A DNA stretch of 64,000 nt from the NCBI GenBank assembly GCA_046293175.1, contig JBKBPM010000001.1:171446-235445 (forward strand). The letters run 5' to 3'. This DNA is from Minisyncoccia bacterium. GTDB lineage: Bacteria; Patescibacteriota; Minisyncoccia; Phycocordibacterales; UBA918. The notes beneath the pieces are model-generated. The model saw only the letters and a program-made list of their open reading frames with translations, had not been told where the DNA came from and did no database searches. The position numbers and the translations under genes are program-made. How positions within the stretch are numbered: the first letter of the stretch is position 1; every line of letters begins with the position of its first letter. Shown one piece after another: positions 31,462 through 41,948 of the stretch.

Positions 31462-32664
31462 TTGGGTATGTATAATGCCAAACAAATTGTGATTTCAAGC
31501 ACAATAAGTGTCATTATTGTGCTTAGTATTTTGTATGTTTTTCGGTACCAACTTGCTGCTACTCTCGTAGTCTTGCCAGCGGTAAGTAATGACGTGGTTA
31601 CGAGCGATACATCTCCTGTTGCAGTTTCAATTCCTGAAATAATTGACCAAGTTGATGGTGCGGTTGTGTCAGTAGTTGCTACTAAAGACGTTCCCGTCTA
31701 TGAGCGTTATCTTGAGGAATATAATCCGTTTGGTGATTGGTTTGGAGGTTTTTCGATTCCGCGTATTCGAGAAAATGGAACTGAGTCACGTGAAGTTGGT
31801 GGTGGTACGGGTTTTATAGTTTCAGATGAAGGTCTGATTGTTACTAATCGACATGTCGTAGTAGATGAAGAAGCCTCCTATTCTGTCGTATTGGCAGATG
31901 GAAGTATTCATGGAGTACGGGTAAAAGCAAAAGACCCTGTCTTTGACATAGCACTACTCCAGTTTGAACAGTTGCCAAAGAACCCATTTCCACATCTTTC
32001 ATTTGGTGATTCTGATGCTGTTCGACGTGGTGATACCGTTATTGCGATTGGTAATGCCTTAGCAGAATTTGATAACTCCGTATCTGTCGGCATAATTTCT
32101 GGTATTGGGCGATCTATTACCGCCCGTGACGGTATGGGTATGACCGAACAACTTTCGAATGTTTTTCAAACTGATGCGGCGATTAACCCAGGAAACTCTG
32201 GTGGACCACTACTAAATAATCGAGGTGAGGTTATCGGAGTTAATGTTGCAGCGTCACTAGGTGCTGAAAATATTGGTTTTGCAATTCCATCGGACACCGT
32301 TAAACAAATTGTTGATTCAGTTACTACCTATGGCGAAATAAGACGACCATTCCTCGGTGTGCGTTATACAATGATAACTGAGCGTATGGCAAAGAAGAAC
32401 AACTTAGACATCACATACGGAGCCCTCGTGGCTCGGGGGGAGACAATGGAAGATTTAGCGGTGATGCCTGGATCTCCTGCAGATAAAGCTGGATTAAAAG
32501 AAAATGATATAATTACAGCGATTGATGATGTAACACTTAAGGATACTGATTTGGCCACCGTGTTGCGATCAAAAGCAGCTGACGCCACTATTGTTCTTAC
32601 TATCTTACGCCAAGGTAAAGAAGAAAAAATATCCGTCACATTAGAATCTGCACCACAAGAATAA
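31462..32664 (+). CDS. htrA: HtrA/DegP-family serine protease with a PDZ domain
   Basis: The catalytic triad elements VTNRHVV (His), DIALL (Asp) and GNSGGPL (Ser) are present, with a C-terminal PDZ domain. Confidence 0.85.
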   Translation: MGMYNAKQIVISSTISVIIVLSILYVFRYQLAATLVVLPAVSNDVVTSDTSPVAVSIPEIIDQVDGAVVSVVATKDVPVYERYLEEYNPFGDWFGGFSIPRIRENGTESREVGGGTGFIVSDEGLIVTNRHVVVDEEASYSVVLADGSIHGVRVKAKDPVFDIALLQFEQLPKNPFPHLSFGDSDAVRRGDTVIAIGNALAEFDNSVSVGIISGIGRSITARDGMGMTEQLSNVFQTDAAINPGNSGGPLLNNRGEVIGVNVAASLGAENIGFAIPSDTVKQIVDSVTTYGEIRRPFLGVRYTMITERMAKKNNLDITYGALVARGETMEDLAVMPGSPADKAGLKENDIITAIDDVTLKDTDLATVLRSKAADATIVLTILRQGKEEKISVTLESAPQE

Positions 32665-32668
32665 GTAC

Positions 32669-32962
32669 ATGAAAGAAACTATCAAAAAAACCATATGCTC
32701 AACTCTTGATACCATAGACTCAACGGTTATATCGGGAACCAAAATGATTGATACACTCGTTAGTCCAACCCGCTCAACTTTCACAAGGAGGTACTCGACA
32801 CCCTTTTCACTACTAGCGATATCAAGCGTGATTATGACATTTGTTGGTTTTGAGCAACTCCCTCTTACGGCCGATATCCTGGAGCGTCATCCGATGCTTA
32901 TCCTCGTGCTCGGTATCGCGATTTTGGTACTCACTGGTACACTGTATAAGAAGTTATCGTAG
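32669..32962 (+). CDS. small membrane hypothetical protein
   Basis: A 97-aa protein with two TM helices. No family was recognised. Confidence 0.25.
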   Translation: MKETIKKTICSTLDTIDSTVISGTKMIDTLVSPTRSTFTRRYSTPFSLLAISSVIMTFVGFEQLPLTADILERHPMLILVLGIAILVLTGTLYKKLS

Positions 32963-33188
32963 TTATGAGTTTTTGGCAGTTTGTTTTTTTCTTTCTGTAC
33001 ATTCGCAACTGGCACACTGGTCAGTTCGAATTATCGCGACCACGTCTTGCGCTCTTTTTTGGTGGATTATTTCTGTTTGTCTTGGCACTCTTACTCGTAT
33101 CAATCATGCAAGCGCCGGTAACCTATGTATCAGGGACGGCCGGATAGTACTGGTCAGATAGTCATTTTTGTGGTATATTTGTAAAATT

Positions 33189-34298
33189 ATGAAATTTGTC
33201 CCAGCCTTTATTATTCTTGCTTTATTTGGTTTATCTGTGCCAGTCGCGGAGGCAGAAACCGTCGTGCGAACCGGTGAAGTGATTTCTATAGCTGATGATC
33301 AGCGCGTCGATGGAAATTTTTATGCCCTTGGCAGTACGGTGTCCCTCTCAGGTACGGTGGCCGGGGATGTAGTGGCCGCTGCTGGCACTGTCTCGATTAA
33401 TGCGCCGGTTGAGCATGATGTGTTAGTACTTGGCGGAACGGTAGGCGTTAATGCGACCGTAACTGAAGATGTACGGATTATCGGAGGTGATGTCACTATT
33501 GCAGATCATGTGGCCGGGTCAGTATTTGTGGTGGGTGGGCGAGTATCAATTCTCTCTACCGCCACTATCGAGGGGGATGTCCTCTTGGTCGCTGGTGAAG
33601 CAGTAATTGAAGGAACAGTTAAAGGTGATGTGCTTGGTGTCGCCGAACGGGTGCGTGTCGATGGTGCCATTGGCGCTCTTGATATGAAGGTGGTCGGTTT
33701 GACCTTGGGTGATCGAGCCGTTGTCTCTGGTGATGTTGCCTATACCAGTCAGACTGACATTGTACGTGCTCCAGGTGCACAGGTTACCGGTGCTATTACT
33801 AAAAATGACACCGTTGCTACCGACTCGATGAGTAGTCCGTATCGCGGTGCCGCGATGGCCTTTTTGGTCTCACTCTTTGCTTCGCTCTCGCTGTATTTGG
33901 TCGCGAAGCGTCCACTTTCACTCTATGCAAGGCAGGCTACCGATAACATCGCTCGTGAAGGTTTTATTGGCTTCGGTCTCTTGGTAGCAGTACCAGTCGC
34001 TATTGTGATTCTCATGGTCAGTGTGCTTGGACTTTTCCTTGGACTCTCGCTTCTCGCCATATTCCTCATGACAATAGTACTCGCACTCCCGCTCATGAAT
34101 GTGATTGTTGGTACACTCATTGGTCGCACGTTCCAAAACACCCATGAGGTCAATACGCTCCTCATCACACTTGGGGCACTGACCGTACAGATGATGTTGT
34201 TTGTACCAGTGATTGGTCCGGTCTTACTCTTCATCCTCTTCCTTGTGACTATTGGGGGAGTAGCGACTGGTATTTACCAACTCCTCAAGAGCCATTAA
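33189..34298 (+). CDS. bactofilin-like beta-helix repeat protein with a signal peptide and a C-terminal multi-TM region
   Basis: GDVxxxGxVxIxG-type repeats recur (DVVAAAGTVSINAPVEHDVLVLGGTVGVNATV...). Several hydrophobic helices follow at the C-terminus. Confidence 0.45.
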   Translation: MKFVPAFIILALFGLSVPVAEAETVVRTGEVISIADDQRVDGNFYALGSTVSLSGTVAGDVVAAAGTVSINAPVEHDVLVLGGTVGVNATVTEDVRIIGGDVTIADHVAGSVFVVGGRVSILSTATIEGDVLLVAGEAVIEGTVKGDVLGVAERVRVDGAIGALDMKVVGLTLGDRAVVSGDVAYTSQTDIVRAPGAQVTGAITKNDTVATDSMSSPYRGAAMAFLVSLFASLSLYLVAKRPLSLYARQATDNIAREGFIGFGLLVAVPVAIVILMVSVLGLFLGLSLLAIFLMTIVLALPLMNVIVGTLIGRTFQNTHEVNTLLITLGALTVQMMLFVPVIGPVLLFILFLVTIGGVATGIYQLLKSH

Positions 34299-34310
34299 GA
34301 ATGAATCGAT

Positions 34311-34336
34311 AAAAAGCCGTTTTGGCTTTTTTGTTT
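34311..34336 (+). terminator. Rho-independent terminator
   Basis: AAAAGCC-GTTTT-GGCTTTT forms a hairpin followed by a T-run. Confidence 0.45.
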
Positions 34337-34393
34337 AGTTGGGGAGTGAAGTGTCGTTTATCTATCAAGTGATGGTGTATCATAGGGGGTGAT

Positions 34394-37159
34394 ATGCGCG
34401 AGGGAGTTCCTCAAGAAAAATTTACTAGTCCTGAAGAAGAGATTGCTTTTTTGCGTGAGCGCATTGCGCTCCGCGAACGGGAATTGCTCTCGCGTCAACC
34501 CGAAGCCGACCATAATGACTTTGAAGCGGTAGCAAAAACCGAACTGCGTGAGTATGGCATGTTTACCCCAAAGGTGATTCTTGATGGTGGTCGAGTGATG
34601 GATGGCCACGAGCTCGCGAGCCTGCAGGAACATATCGCAACTACTCGTACTCCGATCGAGGACATCCTCGTGCTCGCCGCCGAAAAGGGGATTCGCAACG
34701 CACTCTCCGTCCTTGAGAAGGTAAATAATCCGTACGTGATTGATGAAGTGCACCGCTCTCTGATCGAACAAATCAAAGGTGGTATGACGACACAGGACCT
34801 GAAAGAAGGTGTGCCACCATGGCAGATACTCCATATGACACTCTTTGAGGTGACCTTACCAGAGCTCAAAAATAGCCAAGATCGCGAGTATCAATTAGCC
34901 GACCTCATCGGCATGATGGAGCAGCTCTTTCGAGGACTGCGTATCATATCAAGCAAGGATAGCTCACAACATGTAGCGCTTGAGATTGCGGTGGCGGACA
35001 ATAGCGACGACATCGTGTTTTATGCAGCTGTACCAACGGAGTTTGTCACGCTTTTTGAAAAGCAGACGCTCTCGCTGTTTCCGCACGCAGTCCTCAGTGA
35101 ACAAGTCCACGATTACAACATTTTTGTCGATGGGGGAGTGAGTATCATCTCCGAGCTTGGACTTAAGAAGCATCCGATCTATCCGCTCCGGACTCATGAG
35201 GCGTTTTCCTCTGACCCGCTGGCAGTACTTCTTAATGCCTTTTCAAAAATTGAACGAGACGGTGGCGGAGCGGCCGTGCAGTTTCTCTTTCGTCATCCGA
35301 AACAATCGTATCGCAGTTCCTATGAAGAAATTGTAAAACGAGTCAAAAAAGGTATGAAGCCAGCGGAAGCGATTCGTCGTAGTACATTAACTGGTGAAAT
35401 GTTAGCCGGGGTCGGTGAACTCTTTTTCTCAAGTGCCAAACCAAAAGACAGTGTCCCACCTGAGCCAGATCAAGAAGCCCTTGAACTCTTCGCCGAAAAA
35501 CAGAAGGGCGATATTTTCGAAACCAATATCCGTATTGCCGTCTCAGCGCGTGATCAACAAAGAGCCAGAGATATTTTGCGTGAAATCGAAGCGACCTTTG
35601 GACAGTATACACATCTGACCGGTAATCAATTTACCTTCCAACATCGTACTGGCTCGAGTCTTCGTCTCGCCGAAAAAGCCTTTTCATTCCGTGAATTTAA
35701 CGGGAAAATCGCTTTGCCGCTCTCGGAGACTGAGCTCTCGACCATTATTCACTTCCCAGGTAACGGGATTGTTTCTTCACCACAGTTTAAGCAGGCACAC
35801 GCTGCTACGGCCGCCGCTCCAACTGATATGCCCACTACAGGCACACTTTTGGGTATCAACCGCCACCGCAATATCGAAAGGGCAATTTACATGACTGAGA
35901 AAGACCGCATGCGCCACTTCTACGTCATTGGTCAGACTGGTACCGGTAAGTCGGTCTTCCTGCAAAACCTCATTCATCAAGATATCGAGGCCGGCCACGG
36001 TGTCTGTATGATTGACCCGCATGGGACTGATATTCAAACAGTACTCGGCTCCATCCCGGCCCATCGTGAACAGGATGTTATCTACTTTGACCCCTCAAAT
36101 CTCGAGAACCCAATTGGACTTAATATGCTCGAGTACGACGAACGCAAGCCCGAGCAAAAGACCTTTGTCGTGAACGAACTCTTTTCAATCTTCCAAAAGC
36201 TTTACGGGGCAAACCCTGAAAGTATGGGGCCGATGTTCGAGCAATACTTCCGAAACGCTACCTTGCTCGTCATGGAGGATCCGGAGAGTGGTAACACGCT
36301 CATGGATATTAGTCGGGTGATGGCAGATGCCAAGTACCGCCGCATGAAACTCGAAAAGGCTAAGAATCCCGTCGTAGTCCAGTTCTGGCGCGAGATAGCA
36401 ACGAAGGCCGGGGGTGAGGCGTCACTTGAGAATATCGTACCATACATTGTATCTAAGTTCGATGTCTTTACGGCGAACGACTACATGCGACCAATTATTG
36501 GTCAGCAGAAGAGTGCGTTTAACTTCCGGCAGATTATGGACGAGCGGAAGATTCTTCTCGTTAATCTCTCAAAAGGTCGTCTTGGTGAAATCAATGCCAA
36601 CCTCATCGGTATGATTGTGGTGGGGAAGATTCTCATGGCCGCGTTGTCGCGCGTGGATAATCCAGCTATGGATTTTGCACCCTTTTTCCTCCACATCGAT
36701 GAGTTTCAAAATGTTTCGACTCCATCCATTGCGTCAATTCTCTCTGAAGCCCGTAAGTACAAGCTCTCGCTCACCATAGCCCACCAGTTCATCGCGCAGC
36801 TTGATGAAGATATTCGTGATGCGGTGTTTGGAAACGTGGGATCAATTGCCTCATTCCGGGTGGGCTCGGAAGATGCGACCTTCCTTGAAAAACAGTTTGC
36901 CCCGTCATTTGAAGCGAACGACCTTATGAACGTCCCGAACTGGAATGCCTTTGTCCGTATGCTTGCTAATGGCGTGCCCACTAAGCCTTTTAGTCTTGCC
37001 GCCATGCCGCCACCAGCGTCTAATCCTGATCGAGTTGAACTTCTCAAAGAGTTCAGTGCCAAACACTACGGCCGTCCGCGCCACGAGGTTGAGGCGGAGA
37101 TATCCGCACGTTACATCAAGGAAGTACCAGCACTTCCATCTCTTAGTGATATACTGTAG
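34394..37159 (+). CDS. VirB4/TraC/HerA-like P-loop ATPase (DUF87-type; type IV secretion-like)
   Basis: The Walker A region reads HFYVIGQTGTGKSVFL, followed by MIDPHGTD. The Walker B/RK region reads FFLHIDEFQNV...EARKYKLSLTIAHQ, as seen in VirB4/TraC/HerA ATPases. No TM helices are present. Confidence 0.5.
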   Translation: MREGVPQEKFTSPEEEIAFLRERIALRERELLSRQPEADHNDFEAVAKTELREYGMFTPKVILDGGRVMDGHELASLQEHIATTRTPIEDILVLAAEKGIRNALSVLEKVNNPYVIDEVHRSLIEQIKGGMTTQDLKEGVPPWQILHMTLFEVTLPELKNSQDREYQLADLIGMMEQLFRGLRIISSKDSSQHVALEIAVADNSDDIVFYAAVPTEFVTLFEKQTLSLFPHAVLSEQVHDYNIFVDGGVSIISELGLKKHPIYPLRTHEAFSSDPLAVLLNAFSKIERDGGGAAVQFLFRHPKQSYRSSYEEIVKRVKKGMKPAEAIRRSTLTGEMLAGVGELFFSSAKPKDSVPPEPDQEALELFAEKQKGDIFETNIRIAVSARDQQRARDILREIEATFGQYTHLTGNQFTFQHRTGSSLRLAEKAFSFREFNGKIALPLSETELSTIIHFPGNGIVSSPQFKQAHAATAAAPTDMPTTGTLLGINRHRNIERAIYMTEKDRMRHFYVIGQTGTGKSVFLQNLIHQDIEAGHGVCMIDPHGTDIQTVLGSIPAHREQDVIYFDPSNLENPIGLNMLEYDERKPEQKTFVVNELFSIFQKLYGANPESMGPMFEQYFRNATLLVMEDPESGNTLMDISRVMADAKYRRMKLEKAKNPVVVQFWREIATKAGGEASLENIVPYIVSKFDVFTANDYMRPIIGQQKSAFNFRQIMDERKILLVNLSKGRLGEINANLIGMIVVGKILMAALSRVDNPAMDFAPFFLHIDEFQNVSTPSIASILSEARKYKLSLTIAHQFIAQLDEDIRDAVFGNVGSIASFRVGSEDATFLEKQFAPSFEANDLMNVPNWNAFVRMLANGVPTKPFSLAAMPPPASNPDRVELLKEFSAKHYGRPRHEVEAEISARYIKEVPALPSLSDIL

Positions 37160-37164
37160 ACGCT

Positions 37165-40092
37165 ATGTCGCTTGAAGCAAAACAAAAGAATCAATTTGAA
37201 GATAAACCATCAGAGTATAGCGTTGCAACATTACGACAACAGGTGGTTGATTTGTCGTCAAAATTTCCTAATATCAAATATCGTGCAGTCGATAAGCAAG
37301 AAGCAATTCGCAATAATTTTGATCAACTTAAACGATTACTTGATCAACCAGACGAAACACTTCTGTCAGAAAGTGAATGTAACCTTGCTGAAGGATTACT
37401 CACTAATATAAAAACACTCCTCGATTTACCTGTAACAGAAGAGCATCGTAACCGAGTAAATAATCGACCTATTCCTGTTGTCTTGCAAGCAATGCCTGGC
37501 ACAATCAGAGAGTCTGATTCCGCAGCTACTGAAATAGTTCAAGAAGTTAAAGAATCATTCAGTGATACAGATGAATTAATCGATCTTTCTGACAGTGCGC
37601 AGTTTGAACAATATGATCAGGAACTCTTAGAGGCAACAAAAAAAGCCTTTTCAAATCAACAATTTTTTAAGGAACATAGACTTGTACAAGGTCTGCAGGC
37701 CCTCGGAACCATGCGAGTTATTTTTGCGCAATGGGATAGAACATTACAACAAATTAAATCAAATCAACAAAACAATAAAGAAGTCGATACCGGATTGTAT
37801 GAGAAACTGAATAAATATTACAATAAAATCCTCGATTTAATTGAGGTAGTTAATGGTGAAGTCACCACCTTCCGTGCAAACCAAGTAGCTGAAGATGAAA
37901 AAAGTTCGGATAGCAATCCAGTTCTCTCAGGTGATGCTCCTGCTGAAGAAGAATCAATAATTGCTAATGAGTCTATTGTCGCATCTGTATCACCCGCTGC
38001 AGTACCTTTGCCGACTCTTGTATTAACCAATGAAGAGAGGGTAACCGAAGAGTCAGGTGCTCCAGTTACTCTCAAACAGCCGCAAGAATCCACTCAGTCT
38101 CCTGAGGTGTCTGCAACCGAACAAATAAACAACAGCATTATTACCATCGCTGATAAATATAAGGCCGAACGTGAATCACTTGGTCGAGCAGCCGATGAGT
38201 TGTTGGCAAAGCCAAACCTGCCTGCCCACGTGCTACAGTCACTCACTTTTGCGAAGTCTGAAATGCTCGTGCATCTTGAACAACTTTCATATACTGATCC
38301 ACAGTACATGCAGCTTCGCGAACGAGTAAAGGAAGTCATTAACGCAGCACAGCAATTAACTGGCGAAGATATCACTATAGCACCAGCACCAAAAATTGAA
38401 GGAGCTAATCACCATCTCGCACCAGAGACAAGAAAGAAACTCTCAGAGAATTCAAAATTACGAGCTGCTTTGTTAGTTGCTATGGTAGCAATCGTGTCAC
38501 CAAATAATGTATCCGACTATAGTGATAATTTCGTAGTTGCTTCAGCTGACATGAGTTCACCACTCAGTCGAATGGGCGAACATGCGCAGTGGATCGGCGA
38601 TACTGCCAGTGGTATTTTGGCAGCTGCTGAGAAAGATGAGCCTAAAAAATTAGTTGTTGTTCGACCATACACAGGCGAAGAGGAAGTCTCTACGGTAACT
38701 GCTGAAGCTCCAACTGAGACGAGGATTACAAACATGAATTTTGCCTCCAGTGGAGAGACTCCACCCTCGGTTGTGGCTGAAGCTGGATCATTACCAGCGG
38801 TAGACCTCAGCGAAGACAATCTACCAAAAGTATCTGAAATAGTCGTAAATCGTTTTGGTTATGAACCAACCGCTCTTGAAGTTGACACTCGTGAGTCAAT
38901 GGTAACGGCTGCTGATACTTCAGTATCCGAGCCAACAATAACAAAAATAGCTGAACCTGATCCCAAGAGCCCAGCCTACCAAGAAAGTATCGCTCCGACT
39001 GAATCAGTAGCTAGTGGTAATACTGTCGTAGAAGTTTTACAAGGTAATGAAGCAACGTACCCAGACCGAGCTATCGATCCACTCCTCGCGGCTGTTGATG
39101 CAACTGGTATTCCTCTGGTACTCGCGAACAAACTCCGCGCCGAAGAGAAAGAAGCGTTCCTGTCTGACGCCAACCGCCTTCGGGCCGCTGGGGTAGGTAG
39201 TGGTCAAAAGAATGTTACTTTCCCAGGCGAAAAAATCAACTACAGTGACCCGGTAGCAAGACTCGATCAGCGTTTTAATGAGTATCGTCAATACTTAAGT
39301 GTACCCCATACAGAAGTAGCGGTTGAAGGAGACAATCTCACTAAACTCGTGGAGAAGTCATACGCACGTGATCTCGCCGTACTCTCTCCAGCTGATCGCT
39401 TGCCGGTAGTAGAGGAAGCTCTGGCCGCGTATCTTGCAACACCTGGAGCCCTCGAAAATCTCAAGCTTAAGGATAAAGATACTGTTCCAATTGCTGCGGT
39501 CGTGCCACTTCAGGTGTTGGCCCGCTATCTCGCTGATGCGGTGGCTAAAAAAGTTCTCACCGCAAATGAGTCTGGTAGCGCTTCGGAAGTATTGGTAGAT
39601 GATAGTTCAACTGCAGAAACGATTGCAGTAGATGTAGATGCCACTTTTAATGCATCTGAAGAATCAGGTAGTGCTTCAAAAGTTATTGAAGACAGGGGTG
39701 AGCCCGGTGAAGTAACGTCTCCGGAAGAATATCCGGGCGGTGTTATAGCGTTTAGCCAGGCCTATAATCAATTGCTCGAATCGTTTGGTATTGCGATTAA
39801 AGCTCCGGCAATGTTTGATAGCTGGTTTACCGTTAATCGGGCAGAATATAATAATCGAGAATTGCTCGGTATGACCGTAGGGGAGATAACCACTATTATG
39901 ATGCAAGATCCGGTAGAGGTGATGCGTGAGCTCAATGCACGCAAGATAAGTCCTGAAGCCGCTAATGCAGTCTATCAGCTTGTCATTGAAGCACGCAAAA
40001 ATGGTTTGGCTCCGTATGCAACTGACTCGACAATCACACTTGAAGAAGTGATCAAACGAAAGGTGCTCGCCGATGCATCAACTAATAAGTAA
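37165..40092 (+). CDS. large acidic hypothetical protein (975 aa)
   Basis: A long uninterrupted ORF with protein-like composition and low complexity in parts. No family was recognised. Confidence 0.4.
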   Translation: MSLEAKQKNQFEDKPSEYSVATLRQQVVDLSSKFPNIKYRAVDKQEAIRNNFDQLKRLLDQPDETLLSESECNLAEGLLTNIKTLLDLPVTEEHRNRVNNRPIPVVLQAMPGTIRESDSAATEIVQEVKESFSDTDELIDLSDSAQFEQYDQELLEATKKAFSNQQFFKEHRLVQGLQALGTMRVIFAQWDRTLQQIKSNQQNNKEVDTGLYEKLNKYYNKILDLIEVVNGEVTTFRANQVAEDEKSSDSNPVLSGDAPAEEESIIANESIVASVSPAAVPLPTLVLTNEERVTEESGAPVTLKQPQESTQSPEVSATEQINNSIITIADKYKAERESLGRAADELLAKPNLPAHVLQSLTFAKSEMLVHLEQLSYTDPQYMQLRERVKEVINAAQQLTGEDITIAPAPKIEGANHHLAPETRKKLSENSKLRAALLVAMVAIVSPNNVSDYSDNFVVASADMSSPLSRMGEHAQWIGDTASGILAAAEKDEPKKLVVVRPYTGEEEVSTVTAEAPTETRITNMNFASSGETPPSVVAEAGSLPAVDLSEDNLPKVSEIVVNRFGYEPTALEVDTRESMVTAADTSVSEPTITKIAEPDPKSPAYQESIAPTESVASGNTVVEVLQGNEATYPDRAIDPLLAAVDATGIPLVLANKLRAEEKEAFLSDANRLRAAGVGSGQKNVTFPGEKINYSDPVARLDQRFNEYRQYLSVPHTEVAVEGDNLTKLVEKSYARDLAVLSPADRLPVVEEALAAYLATPGALENLKLKDKDTVPIAAVVPLQVLARYLADAVAKKVLTANESGSASEVLVDDSSTAETIAVDVDATFNASEESGSASKVIEDRGEPGEVTSPEEYPGGVIAFSQAYNQLLESFGIAIKAPAMFDSWFTVNRAEYNNRELLGMTVGEITTIMMQDPVEVMRELNARKISPEAANAVYQLVIEARKNGLAPYATDSTITLEEVIKRKVLADASTNK

Positions 40093-40098
40093 CATCCT

Positions 40099-40365
40099 AT
40101 GTCTACCGATAAAATGAATCCTGAAGAAGAACAAGCCTTTGCGGTTTTTATTGCCGCTGTTGAGCGCTATGTGGCGAGTGTCGATGAAGCCTCGGGCGAA
40201 CAATTTGAAGCCTGGCTTGATGAACATGCTGAGACAGAAGACTTGCTGCCGCTACTTTTGCAGACCTATCCAAAATTTGGAGAAATTTTTGCAGACGAAG
40301 TAGAGAAGTTGGGTGCACAAACAAATCAAGATGCGCCTTCACTAGCGGTTACTGAGGAAAACTAG
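40099..40365 (+). CDS. small acidic hypothetical protein
   Basis: An 88-aa ORF rich in Glu/Asp. Confidence 0.3.
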   Translation: MSTDKMNPEEEQAFAVFIAAVERYVASVDEASGEQFEAWLDEHAETEDLLPLLLQTYPKFGEIFADEVEKLGAQTNQDAPSLAVTEEN

Positions 40366-40404
40366 TCGATACTTTTTTGATAGAGTGGTAGTATAAGAAG
40401 TGAT

Positions 40405-41940
40405 ATGGTTCAGGAAGTGCGTTCTTCTGCGACTGAGGTCGTTTTTGATTTACACAGCGAAGCTGGTGTGGTGGCTGCTTTGGCAGCGGTCCGTGGGAGC
40501 AACCTGTCTCGTGAAGAAAAAAACGAACTCCGTGATCTCATTTTTGCTTTCAAAAATGAGCCAGACGCCTCACTTGAAGCGACAATACAAAATTCGCTGG
40601 CAAAGCTTACTCCAGCACAAATAACAACACCAACACCTACTCCAGTTTCGGCTCCTGCGACCATAGGTACAACTGCGGTTTCGGCGGCAGCTGCTACGCC
40701 ACGGTATGGTCTCGGTAACACTCGGCCACAGCCAGTGTTTGCTTCACTTCCCGTCACCACAAAAGTGACAGAAAAACCCGGACCTAATCCAGCCTCAGTA
40801 GTGCCTTCTACAGAAGTAATTGCAGAAGTACCAGTTGTACCACCAAATCTTCCGGTTGCACCAAATAAACCTGAGCCAGACCTAAACGTCACCATTACAC
40901 CACCACCAGTTGATCCGGTTCGTATGGTGCCGGTTTCTGTGGCCGCTTCCGACATGATCCCGAAGGCTGTAGTAGATGAAAAACTCGCGACAGTAGCGCC
41001 TACTCCAGAGCCAAGTATTGAACTCAAGCCACCATACCAAGAAGATCATTCACTTGATGTTTATCGCAATCGTATCACCGAAATCAAGCAATTTATTAAT
41101 CAGAAAGTAGGAAACCCGGTAAACCTGGTTGATCTTGATAATACCGTCGGTCGAGCCTACATGGGAGCACTCCTTGAGGCAATGAAAGCGGTCTCAGGCG
41201 GAGGTGGAGATCCAGTTAGTCTTATGGCGAAGCTTGAAGCTGTCGTCAAAGATGTTGAGAAAATATTGGATACAAAATTAGCTTCAGCGCCACAAGCAAC
41301 CCCAGTGACATCAGCTCCAGTGAGTGTGCCGGTAAAGCCAACGGCTGAGACACCAACAGCTGCAGCAGCAACTGCTCCTGCTATCCCGGTACCACACAAG
41401 GCGTCAGACACTACCGCAATGAGTACACCACCAGTGATTGTGCCATCTATTCCAGTTCGTCGGGTCGAAGAACCAATGACCCCAATCACGCCAGGTGATG
41501 TAGCTCAGTCTCGCTTCAAGAATGTTATACCAGTCACCGCACAGGAGCCTCTCAAGACACCAAAAGATCTCCCAACTGCCGCTGAAGTAAAAGCCCGCTC
41601 AGGCATTACTGACCCACTGGCTGATCCAGATGTGGATCTTGGTCTCGAACAACTATTGAGTGAATGGTCTCTATTTCGCAAGAGTGGGGTTTTTGGCACC
41701 GGTCCTAAAGGGACACAACACCCACTTTATCAAAAGCTTGCGGTACTCCAGATGCCACTGATTTTATCTGGTCGGTTTGAGGGTTCAACGCCTGAAATCC
41801 GACAGAGTATCACCGACTATATGAATGGTTGGCGCTATGAACAGGGTATTATCTACGAGCAAGAAGAAACCTTTGAACACTACCTCCGCCGCGTGATTCG
41901 TCATATCATCGATTCACAAACCAGACGCCGTGCTGCATAA
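40405..41940 (+). CDS. Pro/Thr/Ala-rich hypothetical protein with a structured C-terminal domain
   Basis: It contains long PTPTP/PAPA tracts. The C-terminal ~120 aa are not low-complexity. Confidence 0.4.
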   Translation: MVQEVRSSATEVVFDLHSEAGVVAALAAVRGSNLSREEKNELRDLIFAFKNEPDASLEATIQNSLAKLTPAQITTPTPTPVSAPATIGTTAVSAAAATPRYGLGNTRPQPVFASLPVTTKVTEKPGPNPASVVPSTEVIAEVPVVPPNLPVAPNKPEPDLNVTITPPPVDPVRMVPVSVAASDMIPKAVVDEKLATVAPTPEPSIELKPPYQEDHSLDVYRNRITEIKQFINQKVGNPVNLVDLDNTVGRAYMGALLEAMKAVSGGGGDPVSLMAKLEAVVKDVEKILDTKLASAPQATPVTSAPVSVPVKPTAETPTAAAATAPAIPVPHKASDTTAMSTPPVIVPSIPVRRVEEPMTPITPGDVAQSRFKNVIPVTAQEPLKTPKDLPTAAEVKARSGITDPLADPDVDLGLEQLLSEWSLFRKSGVFGTGPKGTQHPLYQKLAVLQMPLILSGRFEGSTPEIRQSITDYMNGWRYEQGIIYEQEETFEHYLRRVIRHIIDSQTRRRAA

Positions 41941-41948
41941 TAGAGCAC

